Source: Squalus acanthias
Taxonomy: Eukaryota
Direction of reading: 5' to 3'
Assembly (NCBI GenBank): GCA_030390025.1
Contig: CM059432.1
Location: 47,246,001 to 47,310,000 of the forward strand
DNA: 64,000 nt
Shown: piece after piece, positions 1 to 13,359 of the stretch
How the letters are laid out: each line of letters starts with the position of its first letter
Position numbering within the stretch: the first letter of the stretch is position 1
Translations under genes and position numbers: made by a program
The notes under the pieces: model-generated
Told to the model about the DNA's origin: nothing
What the model saw: only the letters and a program-made list of their open reading frames with translations
Databases searched by the model: none

Positions 1-332
1 AAAAAGGTTTTTCCTCATGTCACCTCTGGTTCTTTTGCCAATCACCTTAAATCTGTGCCCTCTTGTTATCGACCCTTCAGCCATTGGAAACAGTTTCTCT
101 ATATTTACTCTATCTAAATCCTTCATGATTTTAAATACCTCTATCAAATCTTAGCCTTCTCTGCTCCAAGGAGAACGACCCCAGCTTCTCTAGTCTATCC
201 ACATAACTGTAATCCCTCATCCCTGGAACCATTCCAATAAATCTCTTCTGTACCCTCTCCAAAGCCCTCACGTCCTTCCGAAAGTGTGGTGCCCAGAATT
301 GGACACAATACTCCAGCTGGGGCCAAACTAGT
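1..332 (-). mobile_element. CR1 LINE 3' fragment; continues at 1303-1349 and 5179-5210 after two insertions
   Basis: Reverse of the CR1 ORF2 C-terminal LEYCVQFW region; pieces are collinear with other CR1 copies in the window. Confidence 0.8.
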
Positions 333-1302
333 GGGGGGAATTTTAACCTTAAAAAATGGGTGTGTTTGGAGAGTGGGTAGTTATATTGTTAAAAATGGGA
401 TTCCCGACCTGAACCCACCCACCCACTTCCGGTTTTAATGGAGGCGGGACGTGGTGGGGAGGGGAGGGGGGCGCGGGCAATCAACCCGCTCCCAGGGGGC
501 GGAACGTCAATTTAAATATTATAATGAGGCCGGAAGCCTCTTTTGTACCCTCCATTTTGTTTTTAACTGCAGATGGACGGGTTTCACACAATTCGTGAAA
601 CCCGGAAGTTAAAGCAAAATGGGAGCTGCTGGATCCAGGAGGTAAGTGCCTTTATATCTACCTCCTGGATCCAGGGTCCCTACCTAACCCAACCCACACA
701 ATCAGAGACCCCCTCACGAGGCCTCCGATCACCTCCCGAGGCCTCCCCTCCACCCCGCACCCCCGATGCTGAGGCCGGCCACGATCTTCTCTTCACCCAG
801 CCCGATCATCTGGCCCCGATCTCTGCCCGACCCCACCCCCCATCCTTTTAACGGCACGGCCCGAACCCAACCACTGGCCAACCATCCAAAACCACCCCCC
901 GGCCCCGATCCTTTCCCCGGCCCGATCCCCGATCTTCTCTGCCCCCCACTCCCCCGACCGTCTGCCCAGCCCGATCCACTACCTACCGCCCCCCTAATCA
1001 TCTGCTCAGCTCCCCGAACCCCAGTCATCTACCCACCCGCCCCCCCCCATCGTCTGCCCGGCCCCCGATCCTCTCTCCCCCCACACCCCGCTCCATTTAA
1101 CGGCCCAGCCCTCACGTCCTCCCTCCCTCCACTGTTCAGCCAAAGGCCTACCCGCCCGCAGCCAGCCAGCCTTTCAATCTGGCGGGAAACCGAGGCCTCA
1201 TATGCAAACCAGTTCCTGCCGTTAAAGTCGGCAGGGCCTGCGGGAAACCTCACCTCAGAGCTCCCCCGCCCCCAACCCGCTTTCCTCCGCAAAATTCCAG
1301 TC
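333..1302. mobile_element. GC-rich non-autonomous DNA transposon with internal CCCGATC-rich low-complexity tract
   Basis: Imperfect TIRs GGGGGGAATTTT / AAAATTCCAGTC; interrupts a CR1; 5' part resembles the element at 22775. Confidence 0.65.
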
Positions 1303-1785
1303 TGTGTTTTACATAGGTTTAGCATAACGTCCTGTCTTTTGTACTCTATGGACTAGAAATTCATCTACTTACCACCACTCCGTAGTGCCATGAAATGGCG
1401 AACGAAATGGCGGCGGCCGCTCTTTCGCCAGCTGGTGATGGGTAGCATGGCGGCTGCCATTTTCCTCCCTAATTTGCGTTGCCGGTAACTGGCAGCGCCC
1501 TGGAAAAGATAATGGTGGCGTGGTGATGTCAATCGCCGTGCAACGCCGACTTAACGTCACCACTCCAAACTTCGACCCTAGCGCTGAATTCAGGTAAACC
1601 TGGCATGCAAGCAGGCTGGCAGTGGCGATGTCAGCACCTCATTAAGGGATTTAAGCTTTTGAACTATATTTTTTTTATTTTATTGAAGTAGTGGCTTGCT
1701 GCAATAGATGTTAAAAGTTTTTTAAGTGGGCAGGGGGTGCTGCTGGACGCTCGAAGGCCTCGATGGTAAAGGAAGGCCTCTGAGA

Positions 1786-1890
1786 AGACAGAAAATGCTG
1801 CAAATACTCAACAGGTCAGGCAACATCCGTCGAGAGAGAAACAAAGTTCACGTCTCAGGTCGAGATTCTGCCTGACCAGCTGAGTATTTC
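1786..1890. repeat. Degenerate Penelope-derived inverted repeat; remainder at about 3686-3710
   Basis: aaatactcaacaggtcaggca ... tgcctgaccagctgagtattt inverted pair. Family assignment is from recollection of fish Penelope terminal repeats. Confidence 0.5.
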
Positions 1891-3685
1891 ATAGGATTAC
1901 ACAGGATATACGACACAGAAATAGGCCATTCAGCCTAACCAGTCTATGCTGGCATTTATGCTCCACTCAAGTCTCCTCCTGTCTTTCCTCATCTAAATCT
2001 ATCAGCATAACCCTTTATTCCCTTCTCCCTCATATGCTTGTCCAGCCTCCCCTTAAATGCATCGATACTATTCGCTTCAACCACTCCCTGTGGTAGCGAG
2101 TTCCACATTCTCAACACTCTCTGGGTAAAAAAGTTTCTTCTGAATTCCCTATTGGATTTCTTATATTGATAGTTATGCTCTTCCCCACAAGTGGAAACAT
2201 TCTCTCTGTATCCACTCTATCAAAACCTTTCATAATTTTAAAGACCTCTATTAGGTCACCCCTCAGCCTTCTTTTTTCAATAGAAAAAGAGACCCAGCCT
2301 GTTCATCATTTCCTGATATGTATACCCTCACATTTCTGGTATCATCCTTGTAAATCTTCTCTGCACCCTCTCCAGTGCCTCTATATCCTTTTTATATTAT
2401 GGCGACCAGAACAGTACGCAGTACTCTAAGTGTGGTCTAACCAAGGTTCGATACAGGTTTAGCATAACTTCCTTACTTTTCAATTCTATCCCTCTAGAAA
2501 TAAACCCTAGTGCTTGGTTTTTTTTTATGGCCTTGCTAACCTGTGTTGCAACTTTTAGTGATTTGTGTATTTGTACTCCGAGATCCCTTTGTTCCTCTAC
2601 CCCACCTAGACTCACACCCTCCAAGTGATAAGTGACCTCCCTATTCTTCCTACCAAAATGTTATACCTCACATTTATCTGTGTTGAACTTCATTTGCCAA
2701 TTATATGCTCATTCTGCAAGTTTATTAATGTCCTCATGTAATTTGTTGCAGTCCTCCTCAGTATTGTCTATCCCCCCCAATTTGGTGTCATTCGCAAATT
2801 TAGAAATTATGTTTTTGATTCCAAAGTCTAAATCGTTAATGTAAATTGTGAGCAACAGTGTTCCCAGCACTGATCCTTGTGGAACACCACTACCCACCTT
2901 CTGCCACTGTGAATAGCTACCCTTTACCCTGACTCTCTGCTTTGTCTTGAAGCCAGCCAGCAATCCATTCTGCTACTTGTCCCCTGACTCTGCATTCTCT
3001 GACCTTGTTCATCAGTCTATTATGGGGTACCTTATCAAAGGCCATTTGAAAATCTAGATAAATTACATCTACTGCATTACCATTGTCTACTCTCTCTGTT
3101 ACCTCTTCAAAAAAAATCAATGAGGTTGGTCAAGCAAGTCTTTCCCTTTTGAAATCCATGCTGACTATTCCTTATTATATTTTTGGTTTCTAGATGTTCT
3201 TCTATTTTCTCCTATAGTAGGGATTCCATTATTTTTCCTACCACCGATGGTAAGCTGACTGGTCTATAATTCCCTGGACATGTTCTATCCCCCTTCTTAA
3301 ATATTGGTATTACGTTAGCTATCCGCCAGTCTTCTGGCACTACACCTTTTTCTAACGAATTATTAAATATGTTTAGTAATGCCTCTGCTATCTCTTCAAT
3401 AGATTATTTTAAAATACGTGGATGCAATCCATCCGGACCAGGGGTTTTATCCTCTTTGAGTTTGACTAGTTTATTTAATATATCCCCTCTTTTTATTTTA
3501 AATGCACTTATCTCATTACTAATCTCATCATCCAATGTCATGTCCACCTGTTCTATCTCCCTGATAAATACTGAAGCAAAATAATTATTTAATATTTCCG
3601 CCATCTCTCTATCGTTACCTGTGGCATTATCCTGTCTATCCCTTAATGGCCCTATTCCCATCCCAACCTTCTTTTTTTTTATTGC
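1891..3685 (-). mobile_element. CR1 LINE, 5'-truncated, frameshifted RT
   Basis: ORF fragments with GVPQGSVLG, ISKFAND, YLDFQMAFDKVPH and RPHLEYCV.FWSP. Confidence 0.92.
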
Positions 3686-6600
3686 TGTCATTTCAGATTT
3701 ACAGCACCTGCTCGCAGAGGGAAGAGGAAGGCACAGAAGAGGAAGAAGCCGATGAGGAGGAAGCAGAAGGAAGAATACAACCCAGGTAGCCCCTTTCTGG
3801 CCGGGATATCCAGGATGGAATCATCTGCCTGCGGTACCAGTGACCACAACCCCAATTCCCCTTTCAACATTTGTCCCACACCTTGCCATCCCTCTGTTAC
3901 TGACCATCACAGTGTCCTCTTGGCCACAATGCTGAAATAGAAGCCACCACAAAGCAAATCTTCCAATCCAACTTTATACATCTATCCATCCAATATGACA
4001 TCAAGAAATCAACTCATCACCCTTATGCATTCTCTTCATGACTGTTTTGTGTGTGCCTTTGCCTATCCTACTGATGTCACACAGTGCTACCCCAGTGGCT
4101 GCAGCATGGCTGGTGGAAGGCTGCTGACTTTCAGTGGGGGATACTGCAAATGGTCTTGCTGGTCAACCTTGAGGAGCTGGTGGCTGAGAGTGTGAAATCA
4201 AGTGATGGTGTTTCTTCTTCTTCACTCTCCTCTCCCCCCTTCTTGGTCAACTACTGGCTAGGCAGGCTGCATTTCTTGGGTGTGCGAAATGAGGAAGGCA
4301 GAAGGGTGAAGTTGTGGTGATGGGAGGGCAGAAGGAGGATAACATATGAACATACCAGCATCTTGTATCCTTTCAGCCCCGCCACTGGCCAAGGGCTCAG
4401 CCATGCCCCTGCCAGGAATGATCTGCACCGTCTCCTCCAAGGGGGTGAGGTGTGTCTCGTGATTGGTACAGATTGTTGGTAGGTGAGTGATGGTGGGATG
4501 AGGGGAGGGGGGGGAGGTTATGCAATGAGCAGAGCGTGAGGCTAGTGGTGCAGCTGGTACGAGGTGGCCTTTGAAGATGCATTCACTGACCTGGACCAGT
4601 GGTCTGAGGTCATGAAGCCTCTTTGGTCCCTGGAGCCAGGTGGTGGGGGGCGACATTGCTGGCAGTGACGGCCTTGGTGATCTTATCGCACATCGTTCTT
4701 TCGGGAGGGCCTCCTGGCCCATGTGGGTAGAGGACCTGTCTTGCAGTGTTGACCCCCTGCACAAAGCTGGAGTGCTGTGTGCGAGATCCTGGGTGCCCCA
4801 TCCCTGGCAGTTTTCCCACTTTTTGAGGTTCGGAAGGGAATTCAGCTTTAAGAGCTTTAATTTTTTTTGAAAGGTGTAAGGGCTGAAAACTGCATTTTTT
4901 CCACTGCATTTTAATTATTATTAGTCCTGAGAGCATTTCCCCTTTAATTCATAGCCCTTTTAATTGCCCACAATTCCTTGCTTCCAGAGGCTGTGCAAAG
5001 CTCGAACGTCACTTCAGGACAGGAACTTCGTCTTGGAGGTCTCCACTAACACCAGCAGGAGGACGGTGCACGGAAGGTTAGCGCTGCGTCACCAATCTCC
5101 AGCACCCCAGACGAATTTATTCTCCACAGCATTGCAGCCATTAACACTACTTTCGATGCAAACGGGAGTTTCTAGCCCATCTACTCTAATTTATAAAAGA
5201 CCAAAATCCAGTTCAATTACAATTGTTTCCCTATTACTCTAAACATCCACACCGGGAGGTAAAACAAGTCATTGGATGAGGCTTATTTTAATTTTAGGTG
5301 ATTAACAAAGGTCTGTAACTGGTTGTGATGAATGCGGATTGGGTTTTCATAAGCAGATGAAGTATCTTTAGCACATTGAGTTAATTTTCTTTGGTCTCTC
5401 TCCATACTATAGATTCAGCCCTGTGGGGTTCAGTGGAGGTTGCTATTCTACATTTATCTTCAGTTAAAGTATACATAGCAGAAGAGATTTCAAAACAGTG
5501 CGGCAAATGTTTTATTAAAAAGATAAATGGGAAATTATCAGCAAGATGGGAAGTAATATATCTTACTCATGCTCCCCCGAAGGCGGCAGAAGAACTCATG
5601 GCATATGATTTTCTGAATGCCCTCATTAATCTATTTACTAAAATATGGAAATTACAGGTAAGCAGCAGGGTGATTCATCGCACATTCAGCTCCTTAACTA
5701 TGCAGAAATGCTTTACTGCTGTTCAATCTTCACACGTTATTTTCTGGTGATATTTCTTTAACACCTTAAAATGCATTTATTGTACCTACTGCATATTGAC
5801 TTTACTTGATTTCAGTCTTTGACATCTGCAAAATTTATAACAAAAATTACATACATATTCAGATAGTTCAAAATGATATTACTATGATCTTCTCATCACT
5901 TCTAAAGCTTAGCACACAGAATAAAATCACACCTTAGAGACACAAAACTTTGACAAAGACTTAACTAATTAGATCATCATTCCATTCATGGCCTGTGTAC
6001 GTGATCCTTTTGCAGAATATCCAAGGATTTTAGCCAACAGGGCTGTGTATATATCACAAAAATTGAAAAATAAAGTGTCCCAATTAAATTCAAATATCCA
6101 CTGCTTTTAGGGCTTCTGGCAGATGACCCCAGAGTTGCCAAATGCAAAACCATCATGAAAAGCTACATACATGCCACAAGTGGACTTCTCCAATCAAGCT
6201 GCCACCTGCAGCAGGTTGTTCGAGATGGTCCCCAATAAACACACCAACTTTTAGTGCTCAGAAAGCATCCCTTTTAAATACAGGCACCATAAGGTCCAGA
6301 TTCGTAGGCTCATCAGCTAAAACAGGACAACAGATGCCTATCTGTCTCTGTCACTACCACCAACTCTCACTCTCTTGCACTCTGCGTTTTATCCAATGCA
6401 TTATCCTATAATTCACTCTCTAAATTTCCTGAGGTTGGATTAATCTGCACTTGCAGTTACAAGGGATACAGCGAGTAAAGATGGGAAAGGGCTGAGTTGG
6501 ACAGATACATTGTAATATTGCAACTTGGCCATGACTTCCTATGAACACCTAGACAAAGAGAAGCAGAACAGAGTTTACCATAACGTCTTTTGAGCAGCCT

Positions 6601-6757
6601 ATACATATAAATTGCAGTAGGAAGATTGTCACGGATAGGAAGAGTAGGTTACCACGAGGCCTGAGTTGGAGCTAGTCTTCTTCTGCATTTCCAGTAGATC
6701 CACTCCCCCTACCCGTTGCTTCTCTCCCTGGAACTTGCAAGTCTTAATCACATGAAG

Positions 6758-8167
6758 CCTTAAACATAGAAGATAGAAGCAGGAGTAGGCCATTCGGCCC
6801 CTCGAGCCTGCTCCGCCATTTAATGAGATCATGGCTGACCATCTAAATTCAGTACCCTGTCCCTGCTTTCTCCCCATATCCCTTTAGCCTTAAGAAATAT
6901 ATCTATCTCCTTCTTGAATATATTTAATGAATTGGCCTCCACTGCCTTCTATGGTAGAGAATTCCACAGGTTCACCACTCTCTGGGTGAAGAAATTCCTC
7001 CTCATCTCAGTCCTAAATGGCTTACCCCTTATCCTTAGACTGTGACCTCTGGTTCTGGACTCCCCCGCCATCGGGAACATCCTTCCTGCATCTAGTCTGT
7101 CTAGTCCTGTTAAAATTTTATAAGTTTCAATGAGATCCCCTCTCATTCTTCTAAACTCTAGCGAATATAAGTCTAATCGACCCAATCTCTCTTCATACGT
7201 CATTCCTGCCATCCCAGGTATCAGTCTGGTGAATCTTCGCTGCACTCCTTCCATGGCAAGAACATCTTTCCTCAGATAAGGCGACCAAAACTTCACACAA
7301 TACTCAAGGTATGGTCTCACCAAGGCCTTGTACAACTGCAGCAAGACATCCTTGCTCCTGTACTCGAATCCTCTCGCTATGAAGGCCAACATACCATTTG
7401 CCTTCTTAACCGCCTGCTGCACCTGCATGCTTACCTTCAGCGACTGGTGCACAAAGACTCCCAGATCGCGTTGCACTTCCCCTTTTCCCAATCTATTGCC
7501 GTTCAGATAATAATCTGTCTTCCTGTTTTTGCCACCAAAGTGGATAACCTCGCATTTATCCACATTATACTGCATCTGCTATATCACCCAACCTGTCCAA
7601 ATCATACTGGAGTTTCTCTGCATCCTCCTTACAGCACACATGCCCACCCAGCTTTGTGTCATCTGCAAACTTGGAGATATTACATCTAGTTCCCTCGTCT
7701 AGATCATTAATATATACTGTGAATAGCTGGGGTCCTAGCACCGATCCCTGCGGTACCCCACTAGTCACTGCCTGCCACTCAGAAAAAGACCCGTTTATTC
7801 CAACTCTTTGCTTCCTGTCTGCCAACCAGTTCTCTATCCAAATCAGTACCTTACCCCCAATCCCATGTGCTTTAACTTTGCACGCTAATCTCTTATGCGG
7901 GACCTTATCGAAAGCCTTCTGAAAGTCCAAATACACTACATCCACTGGTTCTCCCTTATCTATTCTACCAGTTATTCCTCAAAAAATTCCAGTAGTCAGG
8001 CATAATTTACCTTTTGTAAATCCATGTTGACTTTGTCCGATCCTGTCACTGTTTTCCAAGTGCTCTGCTATTACATCTTTTATAATGGACTCTAGCATTT
8101 TGCTCACTATCGATGTCAGGCTTACCGGTCTATAATTCCCCGTTTTTTCTCTACCACCTTTTTTAAA
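6758..8167 (-). mobile_element. CR1 LINE, 5'-truncated, flanked by a 13-bp direct repeat
   Basis: RT ORFs 6949-7575 and 7565-7945 (KFADDTK); TAATCACATGAAG at 6745-6757 and 8168-8180. Confidence 0.93.
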
Positions 8168-8515
8168 TAATCACATGAAGTTACATAATGAATATTTGCA
8201 GGCACTGCTCCTGTGCACGTTCTCTCTATTGCTATGGGCTATCTTCTCCTGCACCCAATGTAGATGTGAAAGGCTATAATACTTACGTTGATATATAAAT
8301 GTCAACATCGCAACCCACAGTGGTTATGATGACATGTTCCTGGTTACAGCTAAATTAGATGGAAGGATTATTTTGGGCTGAACACAATGACGTGAGTTAA
8401 GGAACACTTCCAGTGAAGGGCAGTGGTTCAAAGTGCATCCTGCTGCATAAAAAATAACCATTGTAAGCATCAAAGGTGATAAGTAATTATTAATGCCATA
8501 CATGCTAAGCTCACG

Positions 8516-9196
8516 GGGGGGGGGAAATTGGGTTGGTTTGCATCACCCTTTAGCGCCCCAGGCTAACAGGGCGTAAAGCACCTAGCGCCTGGGCGCGGCG
8601 CCGCGAACGCCTCCCGCAAAATTTAGCAGGAAGTTAGCGGCGGTGCTGCTTCTCCGGCGATGAAGTCATTGCCGTGCGCAACGCCCCGCTCGCAAACTTC
8701 GGTCGCACCCCCTGACCTACCGCCGGACGAGATGTCCGACAGGGTCAGGGTGGTGTTTTTGCGGCTGCAGCGGTGCTAATTAAAGGGCAGGTGCATTTTT
8801 TTGGGCCACCTGCCAGCACCTGCCCCCTCCCGCTTCTTCATGCAGGGTGCCGGCCGCAATCAGTCAGCACGGCACTCCTCGAGTGGAGTACCGGGCTGTT
8901 TTCCTGGCACCCCGTTCCCCGGTGGTTCGGCAGGGCCCCGGTGCGCTAGGTGTCTCCACTTTAAACAGGGGAGGGATGCCTGTAATACCACGGGGCTACG
9001 TGCTGACGCGCGTGGCGTTGTTACACGTAGCGCCTCGATATTGAATGGTAACGCCCCAGGAAGGAGGGGGAGCACTTCCAGTAGCACCCCGCATCCTGCT
9101 TGGGGCACTTCCACTCAATTTACGGCACAGGGTGCCTACTTTTAGCGCCCCAGCGAAGTTAGCACCCCAAAGGGGGCGCGACCCAATTTTTCCTCC
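8516..9196. mobile_element. GC/CpG-rich MITE-like DNA transposon
   Basis: TIRs GGGGAAATTGGGT / ACCCAATTTTTCC with repeated TTAGCGCCCC subterminal motifs; sharp GC boundary. Confidence 0.65.
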
Positions 9197-10089
9197 ACTG
9201 GAAGTAAATGTGGGTTCTCCTATTTTGCCTGACCTGCTAAGATCATTAAAATCCTTCCTGAATTGCCAGATGGTTCTCAGAGTATTCACATTGTGCAGCT
9301 GACGCTGTGGTCCAGCCTGAACACAGCCCTCTCCTGTGCCCCATAAAGGCTGCCCTTTAAGCTGCTGCAAGAGCATTTGATTTCCCTCCCCTCCTCCTAT
9401 ACACAATTGATAAGCTCACAATCACAGTATGTGCAATGCACGTAAGCTGGGGCAGTTCAGGACGAGCACTTGTCTGACCTTTAGTTAGCTGACCTTGCTT
9501 GTATTTGAGGGTCAGCCACATTAATACAATGGATATTAATGAGGTTGACCCTGGAATATAAGCAGGTTCAGCAAATTAAAGGTCAGACAAGTGCACTGGC
9601 TTCCATGCAATCAGAAAGTCTAGGCTAATATGTTTATAGGGGAAGTGTATTCTGATGAATTACCCTACAATAGCTGAAAACTATAAAGGAAGATATCTGC
9701 ATGCTTGCTAGTGTCTTTCACTCACTCCTTGGTACCATGCTTTATGTATTTCAACTGAATGTCTATCAGTGGTTCACCTGAATCAAGCACCTGATTTAGG
9801 GATTAAAATCTACAGGTGAAGTAACATCCTTAAGTGGAAGGAGTCAAGAGTAAGTTGCAAACAAATTCAACAACACAATCATGTTGGCTCAACAGTATAG
9901 GCATGGCAGTGTTCTATTGAGACATACAGATTAAGCAGTCACAAGTGCCTTCAGGAAAGGAGAGGACAAAATGGGGATAGGGTGGGGAAATCCCCTTCTT
10001 CGTTGGACAATATCCTTTATTAAGAGCTTGACATTCTCAATCTCCCACTGAACCTCTGTTTAAACAAATTAAGAACACTGAAATGTGAC

Positions 10090-10272
10090 TCTCTACCTCT
10101 CTCTCCTTTAAGTCACTCCTTAAAATCTACCTCTTTGACCAAGCTTTTGGTCACCTGTCCTAATACTTCGTTATGTGGCTCGGTGTTAACTTTTGTCTGA
10201 TAATGCTCCTGTGAAGCGCCTTGAGAAGTTTTTACTACATTAAAAGGTACTATATAAATGCACATTGTTGTT
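10090..10272 (+). mobile_element. L2 LINE 3' tail
   Basis: ctccttaaaa...tatataaatgca-(ttg)n end shared with the L2 copies ending at 20806 and 32918. Confidence 0.75.
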
Positions 10273-11185
10273 ACTGTATCCTCAACTGTAGAGGCAAGAG
10301 TCCATACAAGTCTGTAATGCAGTTACAGAAGGCAACATTAACGTGTCTGAAAAGCTACAGAAACTTTTCTTTCCTACCTCCTTGCAGGAATTGCCATGGT
10401 GATAGACACAAGGGTTCACTAGCAACTTCCAGGGCAACCTTCTAGAAAAGCATCGGTATAAAGGATTGAGTTTAATATATATCTAGCCTATGTTTTACCA
10501 ATGACATTCCAGATGTCGCACCTCACGTGTGAAGTCTCGAGCATCACAACTGTATATGTGCAAACATCTGTCACACTTACACCTGATTGGCATATATTTC
10601 ATATTTATTAAACAGAAACAAATCATATTTGAAGAGTAGGGAACATAGCAATGAAAGTTGCAAGAAGTGATTTTTTGTCTATAATTAATGCCACAGGAAA
10701 TCAAAGATTAATGAATATTGTTACAAAATTACAAGGAACACAAATTAAGTGGTGTCTTGTTTAAATTAATTAATTGAAGAGTAACTGGATACTGTAGTTT
10801 TAAGGGCTGGATAGGTTTATTGAAGAGATCTTGCTAAATTGTTTAACAGCGCTGGTTTTTTTAATGCTTTTTCATGAGTTTTAATTTTGAGATCAAGTAG
10901 AAATGAATACAGAATAACAGTACAAATGACTATAATACAAGATTTTCTATAAAACAATGCATGATAATATTATACTTTACCAGGGTGTTTTACACGATGG
11001 AGCAGTGTTAGATGATGAGGATAAACACAGACACCGCTTACAAATAGTACTTATTAAATGGGGGAATCTGACCGAAATATGCACGAGCAACAGTCATAAT
11101 TAAAAAAAATGAATCTTGAAATAAAAATTGAAAATGCTGGAAATGCACTGTAGTTCAGTTGGCTTCTGGAAAGGAAAAAGATAAT

Positions 11186-11680
11186 GGCCCCCAAACAGGT
11201 AGGAAAGGGTAGGACGAAAGGTTACAATCTTGCTAATCGAAACCCTGCCACCAACCCATCGCGTTCCCGGCTGCTATAATATTGATGGCAGCAATTCAGG
11301 CCATCAACAAGGTTCCCGCTAAAAGCAGGCGGGGGTGTACTTAAGCTGCAAAAGTCACGGCCCGATGACATCACCGACAACACAAGGCAAGGGGAGGGGA
11401 GTCTCGCACTAGAATCATGGCCAAAAGAGGCAAAGGTAAGTTTTAAAAATGTCTCTCTCTGAACTCCCTGTGGGCCAGGAGGAACAGGAGTGCTACCCCC
11501 AGGCCCCTCAAGGAGTCCTTAGGCCTCCCCATCCCTTCTGTGGCCAAATTCCCATTCCCGCCTGCCGGCAAGGTATTATATCTAGTTGGGCATCATGCGG
11601 GACTCCGGGAAGTTTAATTTAACCGACCTCTCCAGGTGGGCCACAATTCACACGCCCTGTACAAATCAAGGCCAATGTAT
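11186..11680. mobile_element. Degenerate GC-rich MITE-like element
   Basis: GC-rich island with loose similarity to the 333 and 22775 elements; TIRs eroded. Confidence 0.4.
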
Positions 11681-11789
11681 CAGACGTGACCCTTTATCTG
11701 TTCTGAAGACAGATCTCACCCAGATGGTAATTGTCCTGCATACATTTTCAACATCTTCTGTTTTTAGACTTGATTATATTCAGTGGTTA

Positions 11790-12559
11790 TCCAGCACATC
11801 TTTTTTTTATTTATAAGAGACACAAAATTTTAAAAATGGAAAAAAATATTATTGCAAATGTCGATCAATATGGCCAAAGTTAAGTCTTCTACTTAGTATT
11901 ACATCACCAGTTTTAAAAACTGCATCATATACATAGAACATCATGGGTTGGATAATGTAGCCCACAGTATAATTACTTTTAGCTTTACTTCCAATTTTAT
12001 TCTTCAATTATTCCACTCTTTAAAAAAATGTAAATGATTGGTACAATACACTTACTTAGTGCTATATGATGATACAGGATATGTAAATCATTCTCAATTT
12101 CATAATTAAGTAATTATACTATATATGCTGTATACATTGGTGCCAGATACAGGCATATAATCCAAAAGTTGAATTATCATTCATAACAGTATAAAAACTG
12201 GAGAAGGCATTGGAAGCTAACAAAAATTGCTTCTTTAAGCATTACTAAAAAGTTATCAAAGGCAAATGAACAAATTTACACTGATAGCAATTGGTAAATG
12301 ATTATGATCCAATGATTTGATCTCACTGAATTTTATTGGATTACTTCAACTACTTGTTAAAAAAAGAGTAATTGTCTTAAATTCACATACAAAATATTTA
12401 TAAAGCAACAAACTATTTTAAATAATTTTAAAACTATGGACAATTACAGATGTAATATATAATACCTTGTTAATACATGCATTTCTAAAATTTAGAACAA
12501 AAATTATAAATTTATTTGGCATAGTGTATTACAAACATTTGGCTATGAATTTAGAGTAC
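11790..12559 (-). other. Probable AT-rich 3' UTR of the copine gene with candidate AATAAA signals
   Basis: Non-repetitive AT-rich sequence after the stop; plus-strand tttatt at about 12511, 12332 and 11996. True 3' end unknown. Confidence 0.5.
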
Positions 12560-12667
12560 TTAAGGATTTGGCTCATTAGGAGGACGGAGTTTGCGTGTGT
12601 TGAAGTAGCACACCACCTGCTGAGGCAATTCAGCCAGTACACTTTGTGCAAGTGCTTCTTTTGTTGC
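12560..12667 (-). CDS. CPNE3: Last copine coding exon [35 protein letters not shown]
   Basis: cag acceptor, 108 nt including TAA; matches the copine C-terminal LA..VLAE.P.Q motif. Not in the ORF track. Confidence 0.93.
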   Translation of the reverse strand, partial: ATKEALAQSVLAELPQQVVCYFNTRKLRPPNEPNP

Positions 12668-13124
12668 CTGTAGAGATACAAATGTTAATCTAGTTTAATA
12701 TAGACAAGTCAATTTAACCTGAAATCTGACTTCTTAATTCTATTTTTGAAATTTGTTTAAATGAAAATCCCATGTGCAACAAAAATATACATCAAATGCA
12801 TACAAATTAGGCATTCAAATAGTCTATATAACATTTATAATTATTGAGGGGTAAAATTTCCAAATTATTAGGTCACGGAGGTTAGAATTTTTCATTCCTT
12901 GAAAAATCTAGTTGCGTATTTCTGTCAATACCTCAACAGCACTTCCTGCAAATTTTCATCGACAAAAAATGTAAAACCAGAAAGGAATGACACTACAAAA
13001 GGATACAAATGTGACAGGCAAACTAATGCATATTGTCAGAATAACTTTTGTTGTATAACTGTTTTGTCAGAAGCAGAAGCTAAAATGGGCACAATTAACA
13101 GGACTGGACTAAGGTTGGAGGAGA

Positions 13125-13138
13125 CCGCCACCTACTGG
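13125..13138 (-). promoter_or_regulatory. Candidate CTCF site CCAGTAGGTGGCGG
   Basis: Exact match to the CTCF core consensus CCASYAGRKGGCRS in apparently unique sequence. Confidence 0.55.
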
Positions 13139-13359
13139 TCAGACCACTGAATCGTGATGGTACTAATCGTGGCGTTTATTTCCATAACACAGAGCAGCAA
13201 AGTAAATGCTCCAACTCTGATATGTGCCACTTTACAGTTTGGTTATAATGCATGAATATGACAAGATTCCAGGAAACCAGGAAGAGGGGTGCATAGAATG
13301 AAGAGTCAGTGAGTAACTCCCCTGGAGCTAATTGGACATTATGAATCATTTATTTCAGA

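Larger units (their letters stand above)
1350..5178. mobile_element. Internally deleted PIF/Harbinger element with Myb/SANT gene remnant on minus (about 4040-4800) and nested insertions
   Basis: TIRs GGACTAGAAATTC / GAGTTTCTAGCCC (11/13); 3850-4170 and 4580-4800 are reverse-complement homologous to 29170-29450 and 27315-27550; host CR1 resumes after 5178. Confidence 0.75.

Noticed and set aside
573..1356. Pro-rich and Gly-rich ORFs (196 aa and overlapping)
   Set aside because: Products of C-rich low-complexity sequence inside a TIR-bounded element; no domain or splice support.
8801..9406. Overlapping ORFs and a CpG-island-like stretch
   Set aside because: Lies within a MITE; GC content explains the open frames; no evidence of a promoter.
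10360..10445. Plus-strand polypyrimidine-CAG as an exon of a neighbouring gene
   Set aside because: No recognisable coding similarity or matching donor.
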